Shown piece after piece: positions 19,272-28,725 of a DNA stretch of 64,000 bases (position 1 is its first letter; every line of letters begins with the position of its first letter). The stretch is from an uncultured Actinomycetes bacterium. GTDB lineage: Bacteria; Actinomycetota; Acidimicrobiia; IMCC26256; DASPTH01. Under the pieces are notes generated by a model. The model was not told where the DNA came from. It worked only from the letters and a program-made list of their open reading frames with translations, and searched no databases. The position numbers were made by a program, and so were the translations under genes. Location of the stretch: assembly GCA_963775795.1 (NCBI GenBank), contig CAVZKC010000004.1:1683757-1747756 (forward strand), read 5' to 3'.

Positions 19272-19916
19272 TTGCCGAGTACCGTGCCGGCCGTGCCCAC
19301 CACGCCGACCGACGTCGCTAGCGCTGCGCTCGCGTCGCAGGCACCTCGCTTCGCGCCGCTCGTTGCGGCGATTCCGTGTGATCTCGGACGAGGGCGTCGC
19401 AATCGCTCCCACTTCGCGTACCTCGCCCGCGCCGTCTGCTACCAACAGCTCGCCGGCGCTGCGGCCCGCGCGATCCACGGGCGCTTCGAAGGTCTCTTCG
19501 ACGGCTCCCCCACTCCCGAGGCGGTCCTCTTGCTTCCCGACGATCTGCTGCGAGGCGTCGGGCTGTCCTCGGCGAAAGTCGCGTCGATCCGCGACCTAGC
19601 GGCCCGCGTGGTCGCCGGAGAGGTTCGCCTCGGGCGGCTCGGCCACTACGAGGACGACGAGGTCGTGCGGCAACTGGTCCAGGTACGGGGGATCGGTCGG
19701 TGGACCGCCGAGATGTTCCTCATGTTCCAGCTCGGCCGCCTCGACGTCTGGCCGGTCGACGACCTCGGTGTCCGCAAGGGCTACGGATTGCTCTTCGGTC
19801 TCGACCAGCCGCCTTCGCCTCGCGCGCTCGAGCCGCTCGGCGACGAGCTGCGGCCGTACCGCTCCGTCGCGGCGTGGTACTGCTGGCGTGCCGTCGACAC
19901 GATGGTGCCCTCCTGA
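19272..19916 (+). CDS. DNA-3-methyladenine glycosylase II (AlkA-like, HhH-GPD family)
   Basis: HhH-GPD signature VRGIGRWTAEMFLMF ... VDDLGVRKGY; start codon uncertain (TTG 19272 or GTG 19281). Confidence 0.7.
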   Translation: MPSTVPAVPTTPTDVASAALASQAPRFAPLVAAIPCDLGRGRRNRSHFAYLARAVCYQQLAGAAARAIHGRFEGLFDGSPTPEAVLLLPDDLLRGVGLSSAKVASIRDLAARVVAGEVRLGRLGHYEDDEVVRQLVQVRGIGRWTAEMFLMFQLGRLDVWPVDDLGVRKGYGLLFGLDQPPSPRALEPLGDELRPYRSVAAWYCWRAVDTMVPS

Positions 19917-19928
19917 GCGTGGGTGACG

Positions 19929-20414
19929 TCAGACGCGGTCGCGTCGTTCCCGCCACCGCTCCCGCATGACTCGCGCGTGCTCCGCGAGCGGGGGGAGTCC
20001 GAGTCGGCGCCGACGCTCGTCGACCGCGGCAGGATCGTCGAGGGGCCACGGCTCCAGCTCGCCAGCCGCGCCGATGACGAATTGCGAGCCGTAGAGCTGG
20101 TCCTGACCGTCCGCCATGCGAAGACGGTCGACGAGGTACGCGTGGTGCACCGGGTCCGCGTCGCCGGCTTCGATCGCTAGGTCGAGGAGCTTTTCGGCCC
20201 GGCGTTGCAGCCCGACGTCGTCGATCGCCTCCTGGGCGAGGCGCCACGCGGCCTCGGAGCCGTCGGCGCCGACGAGCGTGCGTCCGGGCCAGGCCTCGTA
20301 GTCGTCGAAGATCTCCCAGAGGCGGTCGGCGCACGCGTGCGCAGCCGCGGGATCGCGACGTTGCGCGTCGCACATCGCCAGTAGCTCCGCCCGCAATGCG
20401 GGGTCACGCGCCAT
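19929..20414 (-). CDS. Hypothetical protein
   Basis: Start reassigned to the internal ATG MARDPALRAELL; upstream ORF portion is S/T/P-rich and overlaps the AlkA-like gene. Confidence 0.4.
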   Translation of the reverse strand: MARDPALRAELLAMCDAQRRDPAAAHACADRLWEIFDDYEAWPGRTLVGADGSEAAWRLAQEAIDDVGLQRRAEKLLDLAIEAGDADPVHHAYLVDRLRMADGQDQLYGSQFVIGAAGELEPWPLDDPAAVDERRRRLGLPPLAEHARVMRERWRERRDRV

Positions 20415-20490
20415 TCCGGCGAGATTAGGCTCGCGCCCGTGTAGACACCCCAGGCTCCGCGAACCGTCCTTCCCCTCCGTCCGGGATGCC

Positions 20491-22164
20491 ATGGCTGAGT
20501 GGTCTGCTCCTTCCTTCTCCCTCACTGCGCGCGATGTTCGTGTCGCGCTCGGCGGTGTCGTCGTGCTCGACGGTGTCGACGTGGGTGTCACGCCCGGGAC
20601 GCGCCTCGGTGTCGTCGGGCCGAACGGCGTGGGGAAGTCCACGCTCCTCCGCGTGCTGGCGGGGCTCGAGCAGCCCGACTCGGGAGTGGTGCACCGGTCG
20701 CCACCGTCGCTCCGCGTCGGCTACCTGCCCCAGGACGCGGATCGCAGCGCCGAGGAGACGGTTCGTCAGTGGCTCGCGCGCCGCACGGGAGTTGCTCGGG
20801 CGCAAGCCGACCTCGAGCGGTCCGCGGCGCTCCTCGCGGGCGGTCAGGCCGGCGCCGACGAGGCCTATGCGGACGCGCTCGAGGGTTTCCTCGCCTCGGG
20901 GGGCGGGGATCTCGATGCCCGGATCCGAACGACCTGCTCCGAGCTCGGCCTGCCCTCGTCCGCGCTCGATGCACCGACGGCGTCGCTGTCCGGTGGTCAG
21001 GCGGCGCGAGTGGCGTTGGCGGCGGTGCTGCTCGCGCGGTTCGACGTGATGCTGCTCGACGAGCCGACCAACGACCTCGACTTCGCAGGCCTCGAACGGA
21101 TCGAACGATTCGTCGACGAGCGCGCGGGCGGGTTCGTGGTCGTCAGCCATGATCGAGCATTCCTCGAACGGTCGGTCACCCGGGTGCTCGAGCTCGACGA
21201 ACACAGCCGAACGGGGACCGAGTACGGAGGCGGCTGGGTCGGGTATCTCGAGGCGCGGGAGACGGCGCGTCGTCACGCCGGCGAGCGGTACGCGGAGTAC
21301 CAGGCACAACGGTCCGCTCTGGAGGAGCGCGCCCGGACCCAGCGGAGTTGGGCCGTGCAGGGGGTCCGTCGAGCCCAACGCGGCGCCACCGACGGCGACA
21401 AATTCGTCCGCGAGTTCCGGACGGCGAGCTCGGAACGTGTCGCCGCCAAGGCCCGGGCAACGGAGCGTGCCGTGGAACGGCTCGAGGCCGTCGAGAAGCC
21501 CTGGCAGGGATGGGAGTTGCGGTTGGAGCTCGCAGTCGCACCGCGGAGCGGCGACGTCGTGATGGAGCTCGCCGGCGCGGTCGTGGACCGCGGCGCATTC
21601 CGGCTCGGCCCCTTGGACGTCGAGATCGCATGGGGCGAACGCGTTGCCATCGTGGGGCCGAATGGTGCCGGCAAGACAACCCTCCTCCTGGCCCTGCTCG
21701 GACGCTTGCCGCTCGTGGCCGGATCACGCCGGCAAGGGCCGAGCGTCGTGGTCGGTGAGATGGACCAGGCCCGCCGGACCTACGAGTCGGCGCGTCCCCT
21801 CGTCGACGAATTTGTCGACGTCACCGGCGCGACGGTGGAATCGGCACGATCGACGCTGGCCAAGTTCGGGCTCGGTGCCGACCACGTGGACCGACGTGCG
21901 TCTTCGTTGTCGCCGGGAGAACGGACCCGTGCGTGTCTAGCGCAGTTCTCCCTTCAGGGCGTGAACTGCCTGGTGCTCGACGAACCGACGAACCACCTCG
22001 ACCTTCCCGCCATCGAACAGGTCGAAGTGGCGCTCGACCGTTACGAGGGCACCTTGTTGCTCGTGACCCACGATCGTCGCCTGCTCGAGCAGGTGTGGAT
22101 CACCCGGACGATCGGTCCGACCGGGGCACCCGTGGACGGTGTCGCGACACGTGAGCCGAGCTGA
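20491..22164 (+). CDS. ABC-F family ATPase (tandem ABC domains, EttA/Uup-like)
   Basis: Two Walker A motifs (GPNGVGKSTLL, GPNGAGKTTLL), two signatures (LSGGQ, LSPGE), no TM domain; 557 aa. Confidence 0.85.
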   Translation: MAEWSAPSFSLTARDVRVALGGVVVLDGVDVGVTPGTRLGVVGPNGVGKSTLLRVLAGLEQPDSGVVHRSPPSLRVGYLPQDADRSAEETVRQWLARRTGVARAQADLERSAALLAGGQAGADEAYADALEGFLASGGGDLDARIRTTCSELGLPSSALDAPTASLSGGQAARVALAAVLLARFDVMLLDEPTNDLDFAGLERIERFVDERAGGFVVVSHDRAFLERSVTRVLELDEHSRTGTEYGGGWVGYLEARETARRHAGERYAEYQAQRSALEERARTQRSWAVQGVRRAQRGATDGDKFVREFRTASSERVAAKARATERAVERLEAVEKPWQGWELRLELAVAPRSGDVVMELAGAVVDRGAFRLGPLDVEIAWGERVAIVGPNGAGKTTLLLALLGRLPLVAGSRRQGPSVVVGEMDQARRTYESARPLVDEFVDVTGATVESARSTLAKFGLGADHVDRRASSLSPGERTRACLAQFSLQGVNCLVLDEPTNHLDLPAIEQVEVALDRYEGTLLLVTHDRRLLEQVWITRTIGPTGAPVDGVATREPS

Positions 22165-22185
22165 CGTCGGAGCCTTCACGCGGCG

Positions 22186-23166
22186 TCAGGAGCAGCCGCC
22201 GCCCCACGGTCCGGCACCTTGCCACTGGTACAGCGCCCACGCGAGGTCGTCCTGGTCGTATGTGGACGCCACATTTGGCGGGACACCGATGAGCTCGCGT
22301 CGTCCGGCGTGGTTCGCAGCGCCGTTCCATGTCGTCTGATGGAACTGATACGCCCCGCGGTACAGCCCGGTCGGGTCCACAGCCGCGTAGTTCCCGCCGC
22401 TCTCGCGTGCTCGCAGGCACGACAGGAAGACGTCGTTGTGTTGGGGATGCACGCCGGGTCTGCCGATGTACGAGGGAGGGGCCGGCGGCGTCGAAGGTGG
22501 CACGGAAGGGGACGTCGGTGCCGCCGCGGTCGAGCCCGCGGACGACCGCGGGGTCGAAGACGTCGACGGGGACGAGGGCGTCGGGCTCGACGATCCTCGC
22601 GGTTCCGCTACGAGGCTCTGCTCCTCCCGCGCGGCGACCGCGAGCTTGGCGTCCATCGCCGCGCCCTCGTTCCTGAGCGCGTCGAGGGCCTCGCCTTGCG
22701 CGGCTTGTGCAACTTCGAGGGCCTGGCGCTCCTCGCGCAGGTCGCGGACCGAGGCTCGCAGCGCAGCGAACGCTGCCTGGTCGACTTCGTTGACTCGGTT
22801 GATGAGGCGGATCCGGCGTGAGCTCGCGAGCGTGTCCTCGCTGCCGACGAACGCCGAAAACTCTCGCCCCGAGGTGCGGTACGCGATCACCGCGCGCGCA
22901 CGCGCGGCTGCGCGCGCGTCCCTGGCGCGCGCAGCGAGGACTTCCACCATGCGGGTGTGCTCGGCAATCCGCGCGTCCAGCTGCTGGGTTCGCTCCAGCG
23001 CGGCGAAGTACCGATCTGCGATCGCGTCGGCGTCAGCGCGGAGCGCGGCGGGCGTCGGCGCTGCCTCGACAGCACCGGCCGCGTGCGTGCCACCCGAGCT
23101 GACGGCGACCAACACTGCGACGAGGAGCGCCACCGATGCCCAGAGCGCTCGACGCGACGTGCGCAC
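22186..23166 (-). CDS. Secreted transglycosylase-like (Rpf-type) domain protein with coiled-coil N-terminus
   Basis: Signal peptide; C-terminal CLRARESGGNYAAV...YRGAYQF...TW transglycosylase-like motif; Ser/Pro/Thr linker. Confidence 0.7.
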   Translation of the reverse strand: MRTSRRALWASVALLVAVLVAVSSGGTHAAGAVEAAPTPAALRADADAIADRYFAALERTQQLDARIAEHTRMVEVLAARARDARAAARARAVIAYRTSGREFSAFVGSEDTLASSRRIRLINRVNEVDQAAFAALRASVRDLREERQALEVAQAAQGEALDALRNEGAAMDAKLAVAAREEQSLVAEPRGSSSPTPSSPSTSSTPRSSAGSTAAAPTSPSVPPSTPPAPPSYIGRPGVHPQHNDVFLSCLRARESGGNYAAVDPTGLYRGAYQFHQTTWNGAANHAGRRELIGVPPNVASTYDQDDLAWALYQWQGAGPWGGGCS

Positions 23167-23397
23167 GAGGACGACGCGAGCCGCCAGGATCGTCGAGCGT
23201 CCTGCCTCGAAGCCCTCTGGACGCGGGCGCGCGCGGATTGAGTGCGGATCGGGGATTCATCAACGCTAGCGGGATGGGCCCGACCGTGCACGGTTGACCT
23301 CGTCGTCCCAGATCGGAGGCCACGCGGGCAGTCAAGCGGTACGTCGGCCGAACGCCCAGCGGCGATCCCGACGGTTCCGATCACTAGTCTCGGTTCC

Positions 23398-23760
23398 GTG
23401 AGCGATCCGGCGCCGTTCCTCGTGTACCACAACCCGAGCTGCAGCAAGTCGCGCGGCGCGCTGGACATCTTGCGCGAAGCGGGCGTCGACGCGGAAGTAG
23501 TCGAGTACCTGAAGCAGCCCTTGTCGCGCGAGGAACTCGAGCGGATCGTCACCGCGATTCCCGACGAGCCGTCCGCGCTCGTCCGCAACGACAAGCGCTT
23601 CGCGGAGCTCGGGCTCCAAGCGGCTGACTATCGCACCGCGGAGCAGGTGACGGACCTGTTGGCGGAGCACCCTGAGTTGATGGAGCGGCCGGTCGTGTTC
23701 CGCGGTGAACGTGCGCTCATCTGCCGACCGAGTGAGCGCGTGCGAGAGTTGCTCGACTGA
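23398..23760 (+). CDS. ArsC/Spx-family reductase (YffB-like)
   Basis: Redox-active Cys in the motif YHNPSCSKSR; ~120 aa. Confidence 0.8.
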   Translation: MSDPAPFLVYHNPSCSKSRGALDILREAGVDAEVVEYLKQPLSREELERIVTAIPDEPSALVRNDKRFAELGLQAADYRTAEQVTDLLAEHPELMERPVVFRGERALICRPSERVRELLD

Positions 23761-23785
23761 CGTATCGACCGGGATCGGTGAGCGC

Positions 23786-24625
23786 GTGGACGTTCTGACC
23801 GAGCGATCGGGTGCCGGAGCTTCGGACCACTGGGATGCCGAGGAGTACGTCGCGCCGGCCGCAGGCGCGCGGTGCTTCTCGATGAGCCGGCGCGTCCATC
23901 TCGGTGAGATCGACGGCGAGGCGCGCCTGCGGATGGAGCCCCTCGTCCGCTACCTCCAAGACATCGCCACCGACGATGCCGACGACTCGGGCCTCCGGGA
24001 GCTCGGTGGGCTCTGGGTGGTTCGCCGGCTCGCGTTTCGGGTCGACGAGCTGCCGCTCTTCCACGACCGGGTCGACCTGCAGACGTTCTGCAGCGGGACC
24101 GGTCCGTGCTGGGCCGAGCGGCGGACGACCGTCTTCGTCGACGGGGTTCCGCGGGTGGAGTCGGCGGCGCTGTGGGTGTTCGTCGACGACGCGGGGCGGA
24201 GGCCGCTTCCCTTGCGCGAGCCGTTCTTCGCGATCTACGGGCTATCGCCGAAGCAGCGAAAGGTGTCGAGCCGGCTCCGGCACCACGGGGTTCCCGGCGA
24301 CCTACGTGGCCGCCCCTGGCCCCTTCGCGAGAGCGACTTCGACGTGCTCGCCCACGTCAACAACGCGCGCTACTGGGAGGCCGTCGAAGACGAGATGGCG
24401 TCGAAACTCCCGGGCCGACCCGTGGAACGGGCCGAGATGGAATTCCGCGGTGCCATCGAACGCGACGCGGCGGTCGAGCTGCTCAGCGAGGTGCGCGAAG
24501 TGGGAGACGACGTCGAGCTCCTGGTGTGGCTGCTCGCCGACGGCGAGCTGTGCATGACCGCCCGTCTCGGAACCGTCGCGCCCGATGGCGCAGGCACCGC
24601 TCGGAGTGGCCGCTACCGCGTGTGA
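23786..24625 (+). CDS. Acyl-ACP thioesterase-like hotdog-fold protein
   Basis: Tandem hotdog pattern; HVNNARYWE motif; start uncertain (GTG 23786 or ATG 23882). Confidence 0.55.
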   Translation: MDVLTERSGAGASDHWDAEEYVAPAAGARCFSMSRRVHLGEIDGEARLRMEPLVRYLQDIATDDADDSGLRELGGLWVVRRLAFRVDELPLFHDRVDLQTFCSGTGPCWAERRTTVFVDGVPRVESAALWVFVDDAGRRPLPLREPFFAIYGLSPKQRKVSSRLRHHGVPGDLRGRPWPLRESDFDVLAHVNNARYWEAVEDEMASKLPGRPVERAEMEFRGAIERDAAVELLSEVREVGDDVELLVWLLADGELCMTARLGTVAPDGAGTARSGRYRV

Positions 24626-26883
24626 TCGGCGACGCGCAGCGTCTCGATGACGAGATCGGACGACGACCACGCCTGCACGCCCACGCGATCGCCCGTCGCT
24701 GCGTCTCGACCGCGCTCGGCCGATGCCTCCCCGAGGTCTTCGACCGAGAGCACGGGGACGCCGTTCACCAGGGCGACGACGCGTGCACCGGCAACTTCCA
24801 GACGCACGGTGAGGTGTCCGTAGAGAGCCGCCGGGTCGGGTGCCGCGACGTGCGCGATCGGGTTCCAGAGCTCGCGGTCACCGAGCCACTGGCGAACCAG
24901 GAAGCTTCCGCCGTCGTAGATGGGGTCGAGGTCGAAGGAGTACCCCGACATGCGCCCGTCGGCGACGTCGGCGCGGAACAGCACACCGAAGCCGGGTCCG
25001 GAGCGAAACTCGAGCACGACCTCCACTGCGAAGTCGTCGCTGCAACGGAGATCGGCGAGCGCCCAGCGCTCGTCTGCTCGCCGCATCACCAGCGCGCCCT
25101 GGGCGCGCACCTCCACCAGGGGCAACGCGTTTCCGAGCTCCCACTCCGTGCCCGCGGTGACGAACACTTCGTCGACCGCGACGCTCGGGGCCGGGGTCGG
25201 CTCCGATTCGATCTCGACCAGCAGTGCGTCGAGCTCGGGGTGCCACGAGATGGGTGCCGGATCGTCGTCACTCGGCGCGTCCCCGGGCTCTGGCTCAGGC
25301 TCGAGGTCGGCAACCTCCATGGATTCCGGTGCCACGACCTCGTCGACGTCGAGCGGCCCCGGGTCGTCGGCGAAGGTGTCGCTCACGAATGGGTCGGCCA
25401 TGAGCGGGTGGTCTCCCGCGGGCTCGTCGGACAGGGTGTCGTCCACCGGCGGTCGGTCGGCGGGGGCCGGCTCGTTGTCCGCAGCCGGGTCGCCGTTCGC
25501 CGCGGCCTCGGCCTCGGCCTCGGTGGGCTCGAGGGTGACCGACCCGAACGCAGCGTCGAAGGAACGGAGCTCCTCCGCCAGCGCCTCGGCCGGGGTGAGC
25601 GGGCCGGACGCGGTCTCGGTGAGCTCGCGCAGCCAGTCCGACGCGCCCGGTGCGCGAGACGGGAGCTCCCCGGCGCCAGGCTCGAAGTTGGGCCCGCCCT
25701 CGGCGTCGCCGTCTTGCGCGCCCCAGTCGACGAAGAATCCCGAATCGGTTGCCGCGGGGTCTGGCGTCCGAGCCGACCATGCGTTCGTGTCGTCGATGGG
25801 ACGCGGCTCGTGTTCGATCGTCGAGTCGCTGCCGTGATCCCTGTTTCCGTTGCTCGCGGGGGGATCGGTCAGCAGGTCCGACGTGGTGAAGCAGTCGAAC
25901 GCGTCGCTCATCGCCCACGGCGATACGTCCCACGGACCAGGGAGGGGCTCGGGGTCGATCATCTCTTCGAGGTCCGGGGCGGGCAGCGGTGCGAAGACCG
26001 GCGGCGTCGGGTCGACGTCGTCCGCGTCGAAGCCTTCGAAGTCGTCGACGGGTCCTGTGGGATCGTCGAACGGGTCGCCCGCGTCAGCGTCCTCGCTCGG
26101 TGTGGCGAAGCCCGGGTCCGAGAAGTCCGGCGCGGGGGTCGGTTCCTTCGGAGGCAAAACGACGGACTCGCTGCGGAGCGGAACATCGAGCGGTGGTGCA
26201 TCCGTCGCGCTGATGGTCGACGAACCCCTGGTGGCGAGCACGTTGACGAGGTCGACCGTTGGCATGTCGGCCCGGGCGACGTATCCGTCGTTGGGAGGTG
26301 TGTCCGAATCCGCGGCCACTCGCTCCTCGATGATCTCGGCGCTCGAGACGGGAAAGGCTAGATCCTCCAAGTCCGACGGTGGTGCGAGGAAGTCCGGAGG
26401 CGGATCCCCACGCGCCGGGAGTGGAGCCGGCTCCGGGAGACTGGCGAGCTCCTCGAAGATGTCGACCCCACCCAACGCGGATTCCGTCTCGGGCATCTGG
26501 AGCAGACCGGTGGGCACGTCGGCGATCGGCTCGGGAGGCGCCTCGATCGCGGTGGCCGACGACGAGGGAGCCTCGGCGCCATCGTGCGTCCGGCGGAGCT
26601 GCGTGATGCTGTCGGTGATGGATTCGGGTCCGGCCTCGATCGCGCGTGGGGCGGCAATCGGACGGAGTTCCGCCACGTCGACGCCGCACGAGCCGGCCAG
26701 GACCCAGAGATCGCTCTCGGGGATGGGCGTCTTGCCTCGTTCGTACGCGACCAGCTCGCGCCGACTGAGTCCCGCACCGCGCGCCACTTCGGAGAGCGAA
26801 AGGCCCTTCTTGCGGCGGACCTCGCGGAGATGCTTCCCCATCTCCTTCGGGGAAACTTCGGGCGGCGAGAACGTCTGCGTCAT
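24613..26883 (-). CDS. HTH (XRE/Cro-C1 type) protein with ~450-aa acidic Pro-rich disordered linker and a C-terminal beta-rich domain
   Basis: N-terminus MTQTFSPPEVSPKEMGKHLREVRRKKGLSLSEVARGAGLSRRELVAYERG is a textbook HTH_XRE; start set at the ATG after a GAAGGGG RBS; upstream ORF extension is antisense to the gamma-CA gene. Confidence 0.65.
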   Translation of the reverse strand: MTQTFSPPEVSPKEMGKHLREVRRKKGLSLSEVARGAGLSRRELVAYERGKTPIPESDLWVLAGSCGVDVAELRPIAAPRAIEAGPESITDSITQLRRTHDGAEAPSSSATAIEAPPEPIADVPTGLLQMPETESALGGVDIFEELASLPEPAPLPARGDPPPDFLAPPSDLEDLAFPVSSAEIIEERVAADSDTPPNDGYVARADMPTVDLVNVLATRGSSTISATDAPPLDVPLRSESVVLPPKEPTPAPDFSDPGFATPSEDADAGDPFDDPTGPVDDFEGFDADDVDPTPPVFAPLPAPDLEEMIDPEPLPGPWDVSPWAMSDAFDCFTTSDLLTDPPASNGNRDHGSDSTIEHEPRPIDDTNAWSARTPDPAATDSGFFVDWGAQDGDAEGGPNFEPGAGELPSRAPGASDWLRELTETASGPLTPAEALAEELRSFDAAFGSVTLEPTEAEAEAAANGDPAADNEPAPADRPPVDDTLSDEPAGDHPLMADPFVSDTFADDPGPLDVDEVVAPESMEVADLEPEPEPGDAPSDDDPAPISWHPELDALLVEIESEPTPAPSVAVDEVFVTAGTEWELGNALPLVEVRAQGALVMRRADERWALADLRCSDDFAVEVVLEFRSGPGFGVLFRADVADGRMSGYSFDLDPIYDGGSFLVRQWLGDRELWNPIAHVAAPDPAALYGHLTVRLEVAGARVVALVNGVPVLSVEDLGEASAERGRDAATGDRVGVQAWSSSDLVIETLRVADHTR

Positions 26884-27009
26884 GCCCCTTCGTATCGGCG
26901 TGCAGGGGAGCTCCCTGAAGAGCCACCTCGGCGGGCGGCAGTCCTGCTCCCGCGGGGGCCGAGGGCCGGGGACGCAGGCCGGGTTCCCGGCCCGCGGTAG
27001 GTTCCCTGC

Positions 27010-27528
27010 ATGGCCTGCTACGCGCTCGGGGACGCGGCGCCGACGGTGCATCCCGATGCGTTCGTCCATCCCGATGCGACGGTGATCGGTAACGTCACCG
27101 TCGGCGCGGACTCGACCATCTGGCCCCACGCGGTGCTGCGCGGCGACTACGGCTTCATCGAGGTCGGCGCGCGTACCTCGATCCAAGACGGCACGGTGAT
27201 CCACTGCACCGCCGAGCTCCCGACCCTCGTCGGCTCCGATTGTGTGGTCGGGCACCTCGCGCATCTCGAGTGCTGCGTCGTGCAGGACGGCGCGCTTGTC
27301 GGCACCGGATCGATCGTGCTGCACCGCGCGGTCGTCGAATCGGGCGCGCTGGTCGGGGCGGGCGCGGTCGTCCCCAACGGCATGGTGGTGCCGTCGGGTT
27401 CGATGGCGCTGGGCGTGCCGGCGCGGCTGCGACCCGATTCCGTCGACACCGCGGAGATCCGGCGGCTCGCCGCGCAATACGTGGCCAATGGCGCGCGCTA
27501 CCGCGCCGATCTTCGACGGGTCGACTGA
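27010..27528 (+). CDS. Gamma-class carbonic anhydrase family protein (left-handed beta-helix)
   Basis: Hexapeptide repeats; HPDAFVHPDATVIGNVTVG; 172 aa. Confidence 0.85.
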   Translation: MACYALGDAAPTVHPDAFVHPDATVIGNVTVGADSTIWPHAVLRGDYGFIEVGARTSIQDGTVIHCTAELPTLVGSDCVVGHLAHLECCVVQDGALVGTGSIVLHRAVVESGALVGAGAVVPNGMVVPSGSMALGVPARLRPDSVDTAEIRRLAAQYVANGARYRADLRRVD

Positions 27529-27535
27529 TCCCGGT

Positions 27536-27913
27536 TCAGCCCTTCACGTACGCGAACTTCTCCGACACCTTGCCGTCGCGCACGCGGATGACGTCGACGC
27601 CGCGGATGGCGCCCGTGTTGCCTTCGTCGTCCTGCCAGGTGTAGCGCCACCGCACGACGCACCGATCACCGGCCGTGATGACCTCTTCGGCCTCGAAGTT
27701 CGCGGTGGGCGACGACGCGAAGAACTCCTGCCATGCGGCGCGCACCGCGTCTGCGCCCTCGAAGCGGGCACCGTTGGGTGGCGAGGTGTTTTCGAACACG
27801 CAATCACTCGTCATCGCGTCCATGACCGCGTCGACGTCGTGTGCATTGAACGCGGTGTTGAAGCGGTCGACCGCTTCCAACGTTTCCGTCCCGGTGACCC
27901 GCGCGTCGCTCAT
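27536..27913 (-). CDS. SnoaL-like / NTF2-family protein
   Basis: 125 aa; FNAHDVDAVMDAMTSDCVFE pattern typical of SnoaL_2. Confidence 0.7.
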   Translation of the reverse strand: MSDARVTGTETLEAVDRFNTAFNAHDVDAVMDAMTSDCVFENTSPPNGARFEGADAVRAAWQEFFASSPTANFEAEEVITAGDRCVVRWRYTWQDDEGNTGAIRGVDVIRVRDGKVSEKFAYVKG

Positions 27914-27991
27914 TTCGACCTCCGCCCCACGTCCACGGAGACTCCCACACTCCCGCGGGCCTGTCGAGCGGCGCGCGGCGGAACGAGACTG

Positions 27992-28678
27992 TCAGACGCG
28001 CGCGACGTCCCAGACCGCGCGGATGGGCACGCGGACCGGCGCGCCGTCAGGGGTCTCGAACCGCAGCACCGATCGGCGCCGCTCGTAGCCGACGAAGCGA
28101 GCGGTGAATCGCTCGTCGCACTCGTCGGCGCTCGAGTACGCGATCTCGAACTGCTGCCCCACGCCCACGCGCAGGCACTCGTCCTGCCCGTAGCGGAGCC
28201 GTCCGTCGGGCCCCTCCAACGGCGATTGCCCGATCGCAACTCGGTGCGTCGCGAACGTGGCAGCGAGGCGATCGGCGGACGCCGCACCGACGAACTCGCT
28301 GGTGGCATCGAGGAGCACGCGCGCGAACGTGCTGCCGTGGTGGGGGAGTCCGCACTCGATGCCGAGGCCCCAATGGACGAGCTCGTGGAGCACGACACCC
28401 TTGGTGCGATAGCGACGGGGCAATGTGATCGTCGGTCCGTCGGGCTCCTCCCGAAAGAACGCCTGCCGAGCGCCGTTCCCGGGCCGCATGCGTGGTGTCG
28501 AACCAAGCTCACGCTCGGGGAATCGCGCGTGCCACCACAGTGAGCCGACGACCCGTTCGGCGAAACGGGCGCAGGCGTCGAGACCCGGAAGGGGGCTCGA
28601 CGGCACCTCGGTCTCGGCGCGATAGACGCGCGCGCGCTGGGAGTCACGAGGCCGGCGCGGCGGGGAGGCGGTCGGCAT
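27992..28678 (-). CDS. SprT-like HExxH zinc metallohydrolase (TIGR04338-like)
   Basis: VVLHELVHWGLGIECGLPHHGSTF parallels the E. coli SprT active-site segment [25 protein letters not shown]; N-terminal RARVYRAE; start reassigned to an internal ATG, the upstream ORF part being R-rich artefact. Confidence 0.6.
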   Translation of the reverse strand: MPTASPPRRPRDSQRARVYRAETEVPSSPLPGLDACARFAERVVGSLWWHARFPERELGSTPRMRPGNGARQAFFREEPDGPTITLPRRYRTKGVVLHELVHWGLGIECGLPHHGSTFARVLLDATSEFVGAASADRLAATFATHRVAIGQSPLEGPDGRLRYGQDECLRVGVGQQFEIAYSSADECDERFTARFVGYERRRSVLRFETPDGAPVRVPIRAVWDVARV

Positions 28679-28725
28679 CACCGGCACGCTACGCGCGGTG
28701 GCACTTCGCTCGGGCGATCCGCGCG

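Noticed and set aside
24106-26361. 751-aa plus-strand ORF
   Set aside because: Antisense to the HTH-XRE acidic-linker gene; the complement of an acidic Pro-rich sequence is Gly/Arg-rich
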